The notes under the pieces were generated by a model. That model worked only from the letters and a program-made list of their open reading frames with translations, did no database searches and had not been told where the DNA came from. The position numbers were made by a program, and so were the translations under genes. Of a stretch of 64,000 nucleotides of DNA, positions 36,029 through 48,959 are shown piece by piece (the stretch's first letter is position 1; the number at the start of each line of letters is the position of its first letter). The stretch comes from Octopus sinensis (lineage: Eukaryota). The DNA lies in assembly GCF_006345805.1 (NCBI RefSeq), contig NC_042998.1, positions 79,546,001-79,610,000 on the forward strand. Reading direction: 5' to 3'.

Positions 36029-37309
36029 GTAAGTTTCGTGAATTTCCTATTATTGTACAATATTTTGAAAGTGATAATTACTAACTTTTAATAGAATTCT
36101 GTCCAAAATAAAGGTTAAAAAAAAACAACTCCTGATAAGGAGTTTTTTTTTTCCAAAATATTCTAATTTAGTTATACCACCACTTGTGCTCCACCTCACC
36201 CAACTCCAAGACTTTGTTGCCTCATAACTTCCAAACAATTGGATATTTTTTAATGAAAATACCTAGAGAAAATTTCCCCTTGATCGTAGATTTTGCTAGG
36301 AAGAAAATGTCACTCGAGCACATATAAATATGAGCAGCTATTCTCAAAAATGAAATCTACTAAATCCAAAGCAAGATCAAGAATAGCTGATAATCAGGCA
36401 ATGTTACTACAAACGAAACATTGCCCCTGATTCTACTAAATTTATTTTATATAATAAATTGTTTTGTTTTATATAAATAATTTGTTACGGATACGTACTT
36501 GCATAGCAAATGATTTGATCTGAGATCGTGTTCTGAAACGAAATCAATTGCAGCGTGGAAAGTGTTTGTAAGCCATTTAAGAAACACACAAAAGCCGTTC
36601 GATTCACTTCAACATTTAAGTTTAATTTGTCAAAATATTTTCGGCGCTTTAAGACCGCGACCTGTTCACTGACAAAAATCCGTGCTGCAATAATTTGTTT
36701 TGTACAAATACTTGTATACACACATACAAGTATTTGTTCTTACCCTTATTTTAATATCCCTTTTATATTATAAAGCAAATACTTGTATACGTGTTTTGTA
36801 AGTCTATAATGAGGGCTCTGGCCCGCCCCTTTGGTGAGAAAACTTAATCCAGCCCTCACATAACTTCCAGAGAAATGAATACTTTTTAACGAAACTTTCA
36901 CCAAATAATCGCTTATATCCTGTAGATTGAAGGTATGTAAAGATTTGTTGGAAAATCTTTTCCGGGGCGTTGGGGAGGAGTTTTGGAAAATTTACAGGAC
37001 CCGACATTTTCCCCCTCGTAACTTTCTGGAAAATATGTATTTTTTAATGATATTTTATTCAAATACCTTTCAAACAGTGTAGATTACGATTACAAAGAAA
37101 TTTATAGGCAAATTTTTGGAAGGGGGTGGATTTCTGGAAAAAGGAGTTTCAGATTGGATGGCCCACATGAGTTGGAATTTCTCCGTTTTGGCGGATTTTT
37201 TCCAATGTTTTTCACCAAAGTCTTCAGAATGATGGGAGGCATCTTTTCATGAAATAAAAAAAAAAAAAATTTTGAAAATTTATTTTTTGTCACTCCTGCC
37301 ACCTGCTTC

Positions 37310-38050
37310 CATTACCTAGGTGACCAATTCAGCAGTGGAAGAAGGTGTCCTGGAGAGCTTCTACCTTTATTTGTAACAAAGAGACTCTTCCTCACAGTGA
37401 AAAGTAGACTGTATGATGTCTGTGTGCAAACAGCCATGCTACATAGCAACAAAACATGGGCTGTGACTGTAGAGGATATGTGAAGGCTTGAAAGAGATGA
37501 CGTTAGCATACTCAGTTGGATGTGCAATGTCTGTGCACGTGCAACACAGTGCAAGTGTCTTAAAAGAAAAATTGGGTAGAAGAGGCACCAAATGTAGTGT
37601 GTAAGAAAGAAGACTGTGCTGGTATGGCCATGTGATACATATAGACGAGAACAGCTGCATAAAGAAGTGTCAATCTCTAATTGTGGAGGGAACTTGTGGT
37701 AACAGTAAACCCAGGAAGATGTGGGACAAGGTGGTGAAATATGATCTCTAGTTGCTGAGTCTCACAAAGGTGATGGCAAGTGACCCAAGCTTCCGGTGAT
37801 TTGCTGTGCTTAAGAAGACACATCAAGCTAAGTGAAATCATGGTCATGGCCAGTGCATGGGACATACAAAAGGCACCTGTACCAGTGTCATGCAAACGAT
37901 GCCTTGTATACTATGTAGAGTGGTTGGCATTAGAAAGGACATCTAGCCATAGAAACCAAGCCAAAACAGACTGGTGCTTCATGCAGCTTACCAGCTCCAG
38001 TCAAACCTTTAACCCATGCCAGCATGGAAAATAGATGTTAAATCATCATT
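37310..38050 (+). mobile_element. Old RTE 3' fragment
   Basis: Similar to 11340-11880 plus the shared tail; many stops. Confidence 0.75.
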
Positions 38051-38741
38051 ATCATCATTTAACGTCTGTTGTCCATACTGGCATGGGTTGGATGGCTTGA
38101 CTAGGGCTGGTAAGCTGAGGGGCTGCACCAGACTCCAGTTTGATTTAGCATGGTTTCTATGGCTTGATGCCCTTCCTAATGCCAACCACTCCAAGAGTAT
38201 AATTGGTGCTTTTACATGCCACCAGTATTGATCTTATTGCCTCCATATGTGACACCAGTATTGGCCACATTGCCTCCATGAGGCCCAATGTTCAAATGGT
38301 TCTTTTTACATGCCACCAGCACGGGTGTCAGTTACGTGACTCCAGCATCATCCACAACTATGATTTCACTTGGTTTAACCGGTCTTCTCAAATACGGCAT
38401 ATCACCAAAGATCTCAGTCACTAGTCATTGCCTCCATGTGGCCCAACATTCAAAGATAATGCTTCACCACCTCATTCCATGTCTTCCCTCCACAGTTAGA
38501 GATCAGCACTTAGTAATAATGGCACTGCCAATGCCAATGATTTACAATTACTTCAGTTTTCTAATATGTAGATCATTTGCCTTAAAAGTATTGGAGTAGA
38601 AAATATGATTAAAAGAATAATATTACTTTAATAATTTGTTGCTTCAAATTCATATCCTTACTAATTATTTATTTATGTTTCATTTCAGAGAATATTTGGT
38701 CTTTGAATTTGAAAAATCTTTAGAAACACAGGAAATAAAGC

Positions 38742-38872
38742 ATGACTTACGCATTGATTGCTCAGGAGGCTAAAGCTGTATTTCTAGGTTTTGTCCAGGA
38801 GAAAGCAAGGTTAGAAAATGAGGAAATTCGTTCTGAAGCCAAGGATATTATTTCTAAGGATGAAGTTGATGC
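38742..38872 (+). CDS. BAK1: Bak-like Bcl-2 family protein, coding exon 1 (MTYALIAQEAKAVFLGFVQEKARLE...DEVD)
   Basis: Acceptor tttcAG at 38688, in-frame TAA upstream of ATG 38742, donor GC|GTAAGT (phase 2); alpha1/BH4-like helix. Confidence 0.75.
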
Positions 38873-39170
38873 GTAAGTCCACTATGTTTCTCCATGAAGG
38901 AACTATTTAGTATATTCCAGCTTTTATCTTTTACTTGTTTCAGTCAGAAAGAATATCTGGATGTAGAAATGCATGTTGGGGCACTGCCTTGAAGGCTTTT
39001 GATCAAACAAATCAACCACAGTAATTATTTTTAAAGCCTGGTACTTAGTCTATTGGTCTCTTTTTCTAAACTGTTTAGTTGTGGGGATGTAAACAAACCA
39101 ACACTGGTTATCAAGTGGTGGCGAGGGACAAACACATACACACACACACAAAGACACATACACATAGATA

Positions 39171-40781
39171 CAGTTGCGGCCAAAATGTTCAGAACGGCAT
39201 TGTTTTCGTCAGAAAAGTAGGTATAAGTTTTTATCAAAGTTGTTTTATATTCTATAATTTTCACAGACAATAAATACAATATTATTTTTTATTGTTTGAG
39301 GTTTTGGTGTAATTTGAGAAGATAATACAAAAGTTATGGATGATTTATTGATTTACTGCAAAACCCATGGCGGCCAAAATGATCAGAACGGTTGAAAAAA
39401 TAACAAAATAATCAAAAATGACAGAATACTGGAATTATTTAATATTTAGTGCGAAGCCCTTTAGCTTCAATCACACTCTGACATCTTCAACTGCATGAGG
39501 AAATTAAATTTTCAATTTCTTGCTGGGTGATCTTATTCCATTCTTCCTGAAGGGCATTCCATAATTGCTCAGTTGTTTTAGGATTTCTGGCTTTCGAACG
39601 TTCTCCTAGAATATTCCACACATTTTCAATAGGATTGAGATCTGGGCTTTGAGCTGGCCAATCCATAACAATAACCTTTTCAGCCTTGAGGAAGTTCATG
39701 CCCACCTTAGCCTTGTGACATGGGGCATTGTCCTGCATGAATATGGGTGGTCGCTTAGTTGAATTTCTCAGCACAGGCAAGACATGATCTTTTACAAGTT
39801 GTTTATAAACTCCTGCATTTAACTTTCCATGTAATCGCACCAAAGGGCCCACACCATCTCCAGATATCATTCCCCAAACCATGACACTTCCTCCACCGAA
39901 TTTAACAATAGTCTTAAGGCATTTAGGCAACAATTTTTCACCTACTTTTCCCATCTGAGCCAAATAGCATAAACTTAGATTCATCACTGAAATGCACCGT
40001 TTGCCATTTTTCTTGAGACCACAACACATGTTCGGTTGCAAAGATAAGACGACACTTTTTATTCTTGGAGCTGATCAGTGGCTTCACTGCAGGTGCTCTT
40101 GCTTGTAGGTCATGTTCAACTAAACAACGAGACACAGTTTTTCGAGATAAAGTTTTCTTCAATACAATGCTCATTTTCTGAGAAACAGCAGCAGCAGTTT
40201 TAAATCTGTCCTTTTTAACCAACTTTACCATAGCACGATCTTCTCTCTTGGTCGTTTTTCTTGGCCTACCTGTAAACTTTCTTGCTTCACACGAACTACA
40301 ATCATCGTAGACCTTAAGAATACCGTGTACAACACTTTTTGACTTGTTAACAATCTTTGCAATAGATCCAATACTTAAATTGTCCTTCCTTCGAAGCTTA
40401 ATAAAATGCTGACGAATTGGTAACGGAGTAAGTGGCATTATATTAACTAAGTACATTGCAAATATTCTTACTAATGTTTAGTAAACGAACTGTCACGTAA
40501 ACAAATTCAAAATATTAGAGTTCGCCGATTAAATATACTAAAACACGGAGTAAAAGCAACCGTTCTGATCATTTTGGCCGCCATGGGTTTTGCAGTAAAT
40601 CACTAAATCATCCATAACTTTTGTATTATCCTCTCAAATTACACCAAAATCTCAGGCAATAACAAATAATATTGTATTTATTGTCTGTGAAAATTATAGA
40701 ATATAAAACAACTTTGATAAAAAAATTATATCTACTTTTCTGACGAAAACAATGCCGTTCTGAACATTTTGGCCGCAACTG
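39171..40781 (-). mobile_element. Tc1 transposon (DD34E), IR/DR type, in intron 1 of the Bak-like gene
   Basis: TA flanks; ~225-bp TIRs each with two cggccaaaatg(t/a)tcagaacgg direct repeats. Transposase GRPRK, FSDESKF, QDNAP-34aa-PIEN, with one frameshift and one late stop. Confidence 0.95.
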
Positions 40782-42393
40782 TATATACATATGTGTGTGG
40801 ACTGTCCCTCCCCATATATATAAATGTATATATATATATATATATAGCATGGAAAATGGATGTTAAATGGTGATAATGATGATGATACACACACATACAT
40901 GGTGGGCCTCTTTCAGTTTTCATCTACCAAATCCACTCACTAGGCTTTGGTCTATAGGGTGGGGGTGCACACATGTATATATCTATGTATATGTCTTTGT
41001 ATGTGTGTGTGGTTGGGAAACAAACTTCTTACCTTACATCCATGACTGCTCCTATTTTGTATATTTTTTAACAGAAAAAAACAAACTTTATCAACAAAAA
41101 TTTCAAGTCTGAATTATATATCTATAGTAAATCTTATTTACTAACATTATCAGTCCACTTATTTGGTCTGATTGGGATCATCTTCATTCCAAATGAATTC
41201 AGCTTATCTTTATTTCAATTGCTATAAATCCATGATAAAAATAATAATGGTTTCTAATTTATGCACAATTTTGATGGGGGTGGGGGTCTTTGCTCTAGTA
41301 TACTGACCAATCTTATGTCATCATCATCATTTAATATGCATTGTCCATGCTGGCATAGGTTGGATGGTTTGACCAGAGCTGGTAAGCTGGAGAGCTGCAC
41401 CAGGCTCCAATCTGGTTTGACATCGTTTCTATAGCTGGATGCCCTTTCTAACACTAACCACTTTACAAAGTGTGCTGGGTGCTTTTATGTGGCACTGTAC
41501 AAGTACTCTAATGTGACACCAGCATGAGTGCTTTTTATGTGGCACTGGCACAGGATTCTTACAGGTCATTCCTCTTCATCTGGAGGAGCAGCCTTAACAC
41601 TCCTGCTGTAGAGTACAGGTCTTCTTGAGTACAGCAAGGTGCCAGGTATCCAGGTATGTCTGTTTGCATGTTCTTATATTATGTGTTAACTAACACTGCA
41701 TGCCTGCTGCTAGCTGTTTGTTTCATTGTTCTGTTGTATTGTTCAAAAAGCTTGTATTTCAAGTCACTATTAAATCTAACAAATGATTCAGAAAGTAAAC
41801 AACTTGAAAATATTATAAAGAAGGTTTATAAGGTCGAGGGCTAAAAGAATCTTTAAAGTGTTGGGAAAATTGCTGAGTAAAATATTGAGTGGAATGTTTG
41901 GTTCATAGTCAAATTTGTTTAGTTTTCTGATGTATTAGAGATGTAGGATATGGAGTTACTGTTAGAAGATTCACTAAGGTACTATATGGCTTTGGGTAAA
42001 AGAAAATATGGGGGAATCAGTTAATTATAATTTTATTCAACATATTCCCTTCTCAGATTCACACACTTAATACAGCTGTCCTTCATTTTTTCTAAGCCCT
42101 GTGAAAGAACTCAGAAGTTTAGGCCTTCAGCTGCCTTTTGTTATGCCCTTAATGCTAGGAACTTTTCAGCAACCCCTTGTATATGCCAGTATCCGCTGAC
42201 TGGCTTGTTTGCCAGTGGCATATAAAAAGCACTATCTGAACATGATCAATGCCAGGCCCACCTGACTGGCTCCAGTACTGCTGGCACATAAAAAGTAACC
42301 ACAACACTCTCGGAGTGGTTGACATTAGGAAGAGCATCCAGCTGTAAAAACATTGCCAGATCAGAATTATATATATATATATATGTATACATA

Positions 42394-43468
42394 CACGGGT
42401 TGGACAAAATAATGGAAACGCCTACCATCATAGTATTCATAATTTTGGAATATCTATAAACTGTCAAAAGCTTGTTTATTTTTATGTTTTTTTATTTATT
42501 ATTAGTGTTGCTTAATATGTTTTTCTAAAATTGCTCTTTATTTTTAGATATCATCAGTAAAAGGTAATTAAAATTCATTAAAATGACAGATCTATTGGAC
42601 TTTCAAAGAGGCCAAATTGTTGGTGCTTGTATGGCAGGCACTAGCATAATGGAAACAGCCAAAATGTTTGGTGTACCACAAAAACTGTTCACTGGGAGCT
42701 GCACAAAGCCAGACTTCATGGGAGGGCTGCAATCAGAAAACTACTACTTCCTATAACAAACGTTGCAAAGCTTTTACAGTGGAGTAAAAACCTACAGAAT
42801 TTGTCCCTAGAGCAGTGGAAGGATATTATTTTCTTGGACGAGTCATCCGTTTCCTTATTTCTGACCACTGGCCAAGTATACATGTGGAGACAGTCAAAAG
42901 AAACATTTGACCCAGACTGCCTTCTTCTAACTGTTAAACATGGAGAAGGATTAGTGGTGATATGGGGGTGCTATATCTTGGAAATCCGCTGGCCCAATGG
43001 TTTCCCTTCATGGCAGAATTAATAGTCAAGACTATTTAAGCATTTTATCTGATCAAATTCATCCTATGGTTGTGGAATTGTTTCCAGAGGGAAACGCAAT
43101 CTTTCAGGATGATAATGCACCAAATCACACAGCTAAAGTTGTTACTGAATGGCACAAGGAACATTCTAGAGAAGTTGAACATCTTATCTGGCCACCACAG
43201 TCCCCAGATCTCAATATTATTGAACATTTATGGTACTTTTTAGAAAAACAAGTAAGGAGTCAATATCCTCCACCATTATCACTACAAGAACTGAAGACTG
43301 TTTTAGCTGAAGAATGGACAAAAATTCCTTTGGAAACAATTCAAACTTTGTATGAATCCATACCTCATAGAATTCAAGTTGTAATTTCTGCCAAAGGCAG
43401 TCCTACCCCATATTAAAATAAATTTGTTTGAAATTTTAAGGTGTTTCCATTATTTTGTCCAACCCCTG
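42394..43468 (+). mobile_element. Internally deleted Tc1-like transposon with DD36E spacing
   Basis: TIRs gggttggacaaaataatggaaac / gtttccattattttgtccaaccc. MTDLLDFQRGQIVG, FLDESS, QDDNAP...SPDLNIIEHLW with 36 residues between D and E. Confidence 0.85.
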
Positions 43469-44449
43469 AGTGTGTGTGTGTATTATATTACGCGAGGTGG
43501 TGCTGAAAATTTCCTGACTTTGGGTAATGCAGAGAAGTAGCATTTTAACCTGGAGTGATCTCTAAGCTGTACACTCTGTCAACTTGAACTTTGCAATAGT
43601 AGATGTTTTGCTTGTAAAAACTTTAACAAACATCAGATTAGTCAGCCAACATTTCCTTATTGGTGGATTGTTGAGCTTTTTTCTTAAAATTTCTCACATT
43701 TGTATTTATATCACTCCTTTTTTGGTCTCTCTTATTAAAATACCCAAGTATTTTCCATTCAAACTAATCTTCAAAATTTACACATATCTAGCATGTAGTG
43801 TCACATATTTCTCCAGATGTATTTAATGGTAGATGAGTGTTTGTAAACTAACAATTAGATTCTTTGCATGTACTTACTATAGAATCTGTTATTACATAAA
43901 GCACCATACTCAAAACAATTCTCTTTTCTAGCCAATGAAGGAACTTCAAAGCAGTTGCTCAACCTGCAAGAAATTTCAGCCAAAACTCCCTTAATTCATT
44001 GCTTACCAGCCTAAGTGAACTATATAATCTATCATAGAGATTACAGATGTGATATGAGGAATGGTTGTCTATGGATTTAATTTGTTAATCTGTAATATCC
44101 AATTCTGGAAAGCAAATGTTACATATGCATTTGGGTCCAGAAATCCAGTTCTGATCTATGTATGCAGTAACATATATAGATCAGAACTGAACCCCTGGAC
44201 CCATGAGGTCCCTGCCTTAAGATGGCTCTGGTTTAGAGAATGGCAGATGTGATGAAGCCTGGTAGCAGTGCTTGTAGTACATATGCGTGTACATGTTAAA
44301 ATTGGTGATAATATGACTTTGGGTAGAATAATCATTTCAAATGAGTAGTTACTTAGTTTAATTCATATACTTGATGCATTTTATTATCTTGTCCATCTTT
44401 TCATTGGCAATGTTCACATTTTTTGTCTGCATTATTATTATATTTGGAA

Positions 44450-44661
44450 AGGCGGTGAGCTGGCAGAATTGTTAGCACAATGGATGAAGTGTTTAACGGT
44501 ATTTCACCTGTCGCTACATACTGAGTTCAAATTCCGCTGAGATCAACTTTACCTTTCATCCTTTCAGGGTCGATAAATTAAGTGCCAGTTGAGTATTAGG
44601 GTCGATGTAATCAATTATTCCCCTTCCCCAAGTTTCAGGCCTTGTGTCTATAATAGAAAGG
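44450..44661 (+). mobile_element. tRNA-derived SINE (third family) with 19-bp TSD
   Basis: ggcggtgagctggcagaa...gagttcaaattccgc head; TSD attattattatatttggaa at 44431-44449 and 44662-44680. Confidence 0.85.
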
Positions 44662-44817
44662 ATTATTATTATATTTGGAATAATTCACTTTAGTTTCTTC
44701 TTAATACTAAATATCACACAACAGTGAATCTTTATATGAAAAGTTCTTTCTTTTTTATCTTTTTACTTATTCATTTATTTATCAACTTAACTTTCAAAAA
44801 TCATTTGTATTTTGCAG

Positions 44818-44958
44818 AAACTGTGTATTAGTTGGGAATCAGCTGGCTGAAATTGGAGATAAAGTGTATGAGGAACATCGAGAAACATTTGAGTTTATGG
44901 CTAATCTATTAAATATAAACAGTGATTCATTAGTTGTACAGTTTATAAATATTGTTGA
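44818..44958 (+). CDS. BAK1: Bak-like gene coding exon 2 (BH3: VGNQLAEIGDKVYEEH)
   Basis: ttttgcAG acceptor, GA|GTAAGT donor, 141 nt, phase 2-2. Resembles Bak VGRQLAIIGDDINRRY. Confidence 0.9.
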
Positions 44959-46758
44959 GTAAGTTTATTCTTTATTCTTTTATTTGTTTCAGTCATTTGA
45001 CAGTGGCCATGCTAGAGCACCACCTTGAAGGGTTTTAGTCAAAGAAATTGACCTCAGGACTTATTTTATGTAAGCCTAGTACTTATTCTATTGGTCTCAT
45101 AAACACACCAGCATCAGTCGTCAAGCAATGGCAGGGGGACAAACACAGACATATGACGGGTTCTTTCAGTTTTCTGTCTACCAAATCTGCTCACAAGGCC
45201 TGAGGCTATATTAGATAACACTTCACCAAGGTGCCACACAATTGGACTGAACCTGGAATCATGTGGTTAGGAAGTAAGCTTCTTATCACACAGTCACACC
45301 TGCTCCTATTAATATTTTCTATAAAAAGACTTGCCTTTTTCCCCAGTACTATTTCAAATATTCTATAACTGCTATTAAATCATTAGAAAATATGTATTCT
45401 GGTTAGTATATACATATATAGTCATTTGCTTGTGGAAAACTTTAGCTATTGTAGAGTTAAGATGTGAGATAGTTTATAGGGTTTGGATATAGATTTGCTC
45501 ATCACTAGTTAACACCTACTTTGTCACGCTGTTATAGGTTGGACCAAAAAGAAAAAAATGTTTTGGTGATTGCAGCAAAGAGATGTATATAGTAAGAGAT
45601 ATATTCCCAACAAGAAAAGTTAAGTAACAGTTACATAACTCATCATGAGTTAGTGGTAACATAGAGATTTTACTCAACCATTATGTAGTTACACAACTAT
45701 GACAAGTTGGAAAGAAATTCCAGAAATTGTTTAGTGGATGACAATCAATCTTGGTTGAGAATCTGTTGTCCAGTGCTTAAATCAGTTTGCCACTAAATTT
45801 ATGTGGAAGGAGGAAGGTAAATGATGCAAGTTTCATGTGAGATTGCCATAAATGACAGAAGTAAACTGTCTTGAAGTTGCAGAGGAAAGAGAATATTTTT
45901 CAAAGGTATCTCAAATTTACACTTGTGTCCAAGTTGAACTAGGTCACTGACATTAAAACTGAACGCACCTATCTAAACTAAACTCTGTATCACCTAAGAC
46001 AGTGGCAAGTATAACAGGCTAAACAAATAAATTCTAAGTACAAGTTCCAAGAACAGTGGAAGCAAATATGAAAACTGAGGTTTCGATTCTTGGTTAAGAA
46101 ATTATTGTCTACCTCTTACAGTTACTATGAAGTTTCATTCTCTACTCAAAACTATTTCTCTTCATTTATACAATAAATGCACATGTTAAAAGCATGAAAG
46201 CCTCACAATGCCATTATGCTTCCACTAGGATCTTTTAATTAAACAAAAGAAATCAATGAGTTCAAGTAATTGTAATGTTGTAAATGGGCATAGGCATTTA
46301 CAGCTATATGGTTCTAGGTTCAATCCACAATATGGAATCTGGAGTGGGGTGAGGAAAAGCAAGTATCTTCTACCATAACCTTTGGTTGACAAATGTTATG
46401 AAAATAAAATTTCAAAGATGGAAGATGAACTGTGTGGGGGTGAAATGCATGTGTGTGTGAGTGCATATGTGTGTGTATGTATGCTTTAGCCTATATCTTT
46501 CCTTTTTATATGAGTAAAAAAAAAGACCTAAACTAGTGCTTTCAAATTAAAAGAAAACCTTGTGTAGTATTTACTCCATCTGAGCAATATAGAAATGTTG
46601 TTCAAAACATTCCATTACTATTGTACCATTATTAAAATAGGATTATTAAACTGATTATTGTCACTCTCCTGTAAAAATTGTTCTTGCTTCTTGCTCCTGG
46701 TCAAAAGAAATCACTATTATATCTAGAGAGAAGGGTAGTAACTTCAAAAATCTACAGA

Positions 46759-46897
46759 TGTATTACGAATTTTGTGGGAATTAGTCTTGCACGATGGATA
46801 CATAATCAAGGTGGATGGGTAAGTTTATTTTACATTATTGCTAAACTGATAAATAATTTCAAATCTAGCTTCATTGTCTCTACCTCTATCTTTTTAA
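46759..46897 (+). repeat. 139-bp exact duplicate of the 3' part of Bak-like exon 3 plus its donor (47461-47599)
   Basis: Base-for-base identity by inspection. Confidence 0.95.
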
Positions 46898-47357
46898 CAT
46901 TGCTACATTAAGATCCATTACTGCTGCTGACCAAGTCTGCTAGTTGATAAATCTACAAACATTTGCTTATCAATCTACTATGGTTTGCTTGAATTAGTTG
47001 GAGAACACTGTTGGGAATATCTTTTTTAACCTGATTTTTTTGCCTTCATTTTCTATAAAAATACAATTTTGATACTACAAAATATTTGTTTACCACTATC
47101 AAGACATTTCAGAAATTTTCAACATAGCTAGTGATTGTACCACTTACTAAGTTTATAGAATATGATTTTAAATATATCAAGGTTATCCATAAAGTTTGAA
47201 CCATTTTATTTATTCCTCAAAATGCAGTCATTACAAGAGGCAGGAGGAATAAAATATCTATCATAAAATTACTTTTTTTTTTTTTTTACTTTTAAAAAGT
47301 TATATATCAAATGAAATTCTGATATAATATTTTCTCTATTTTCATCTTCCCATAAAG

Positions 47358-47520
47358 CCTAATTAAGTGCTCAAATCTAGGAAGAATACTGGTAGTGTTC
47401 TGCTTTGCATACTATCTGCTAAAACAATTTACGAAACAAATATTTCAAATAATTCTGAAGTGTATTACGAATTTTGTGGGAATTAGTCTTGCACGATGGA
47501 TACATAATCAAGGTGGATGG
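47358..47520 (+). CDS. BAK1: Bak-like gene coding exon 3 (BH1 SNLGRILVVFCFAYY; BH2 LARWIHNQGGW)
   Basis: Pyrimidine tract + aAG acceptor, 163 nt, phase 2-0, TGG|GTAAGT donor. Confidence 0.85.
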
Positions 47521-48863
47521 GTAAGTTTATTTTACATTATTGCTAAACTGATAAATAATTTCAAATCTAGCTTCATTGTCTCTACCTCTATCTTTTTAAT
47601 ATAGTGAACTTCCAAATCAATTATAATCATTGTCTATGTTTGTACTCATTATAGAATTTACTCAGTTTTAGGATTGATTTTTATAGTCTACTTTCAGCAG
47701 AAAGACCTCAGCAAGTCTACTGTGAGTGTTTTAGAAATATTGTAGAATTTAGAAGTAAGGTGCAGTCTTCAGCATTCTCTATATCACACCCAATTCCTCA
47801 TTAACTGAGATTGGCAGGAGTTTGTCTATAGGAGGATGTGAGTTTAGTGCTACAAACTAATGAAATACTGGCTAACTTTCCTGGAGGCTTAAAGTTCTAA
47901 ATGTTTTAATAATTTTAAATTATGACTATATTTACTTCATGTGCAAAAGTTTTTGTAATCTTCACTTTCTGATTGCTGATAAAACTGCCTCATGAATAGG
48001 AATATTGCATCGTCATTGGGTATAAGTGGGTGTTTCTTCATGAGGGGGTATATTGCCTCATAAGTACAAGTATTGCTTTATGTATGGTTATGAATTGAAA
48101 TAAATTCAAAATAAAATGCATATAGCATTTTTTAATTCAATACCTATTGATCTGGTATTCCATGCTGCATCTGTTTCAGTATTTCATTAAAGAGAACTGC
48201 TTGACCAGCAATCCAGACTCCATGCAGTTACTCAGCCTATGAGCAATAGCAGCTAAATCTGCCTCAAACAATATCATACCTAAGTTCAATAACATTAAAA
48301 AGACGACAAGTCTTTTTCCTCTTCAGACAGTCTACCTGAACTACATTATTTTATGTTTTGTTTTTATTTTAATTTTTTTATATATATAAATAATGTGTGG
48401 TTTGAGGCAGATTTACTTTCTGTTGCTTATAAGTTGAGTTACTGCATAGAGTCTGGATTGCTAAAATAGATGCAGCATGGAATACCAGTTATGGTACTCC
48501 AAGGCTGGCCTAAGGCTAAATGACAACTTAAGATCTACATGAAGAGGCAATTTTTTCTACTTCATCCTATTGTCGTCGTCATCACCGCCATCGTCGTTGT
48601 TATTTAATGTCTGTCTTCCATGCTGGCTTTGGTTGGACAGTTTGACAGGAGCTGGCCAGGTAGGAGACTGCACCAGACTTCTGTGTCTGTTTTGGCAGGG
48701 TTTTTACGAGTGGATGCCCTTCCAACCATCCAGCAGAATGAGCTGAGTGCTTTTTATGTGGCACCAGCATCTCAAACTAAAATTACTTTATACTACCCAA
48801 ACATAATTATATATTCTTGCTTATAATGATAATTAAAATTAATTTCTCTTTCAAATTTTGCAG

Positions 48864-48959
48864 ACCGCACTTGTTCAAAAACCAACTAAGAAATGGATTA
48901 TGGTTGCAGGTGTAGCTACTGCAGTAATAGCTGGCTTTTTGGTGTGGAGAAAATCATAG
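48864..48959 (+). CDS. BAK1: Bak-like gene last coding exon (TM anchor KWIMVAGVATAVIAGFLVWRKS*)
   Basis: ttttgcAG acceptor, phase 0, hydrophobic helix with a basic tail, TAG at 48957-48959. Confidence 0.9.
   Translation, partial: TALVQKPTKKWIMVAGVATAVIAGFLVWRKS

Noticed and set aside
45720-45820. LVDDNQSWLRI, resembling a BH1 exon of the Bak-like gene
   Set aside because: No pyrimidine tract and an in-frame stop follows; the 47358-47520 exon fits phase and motifs much better.
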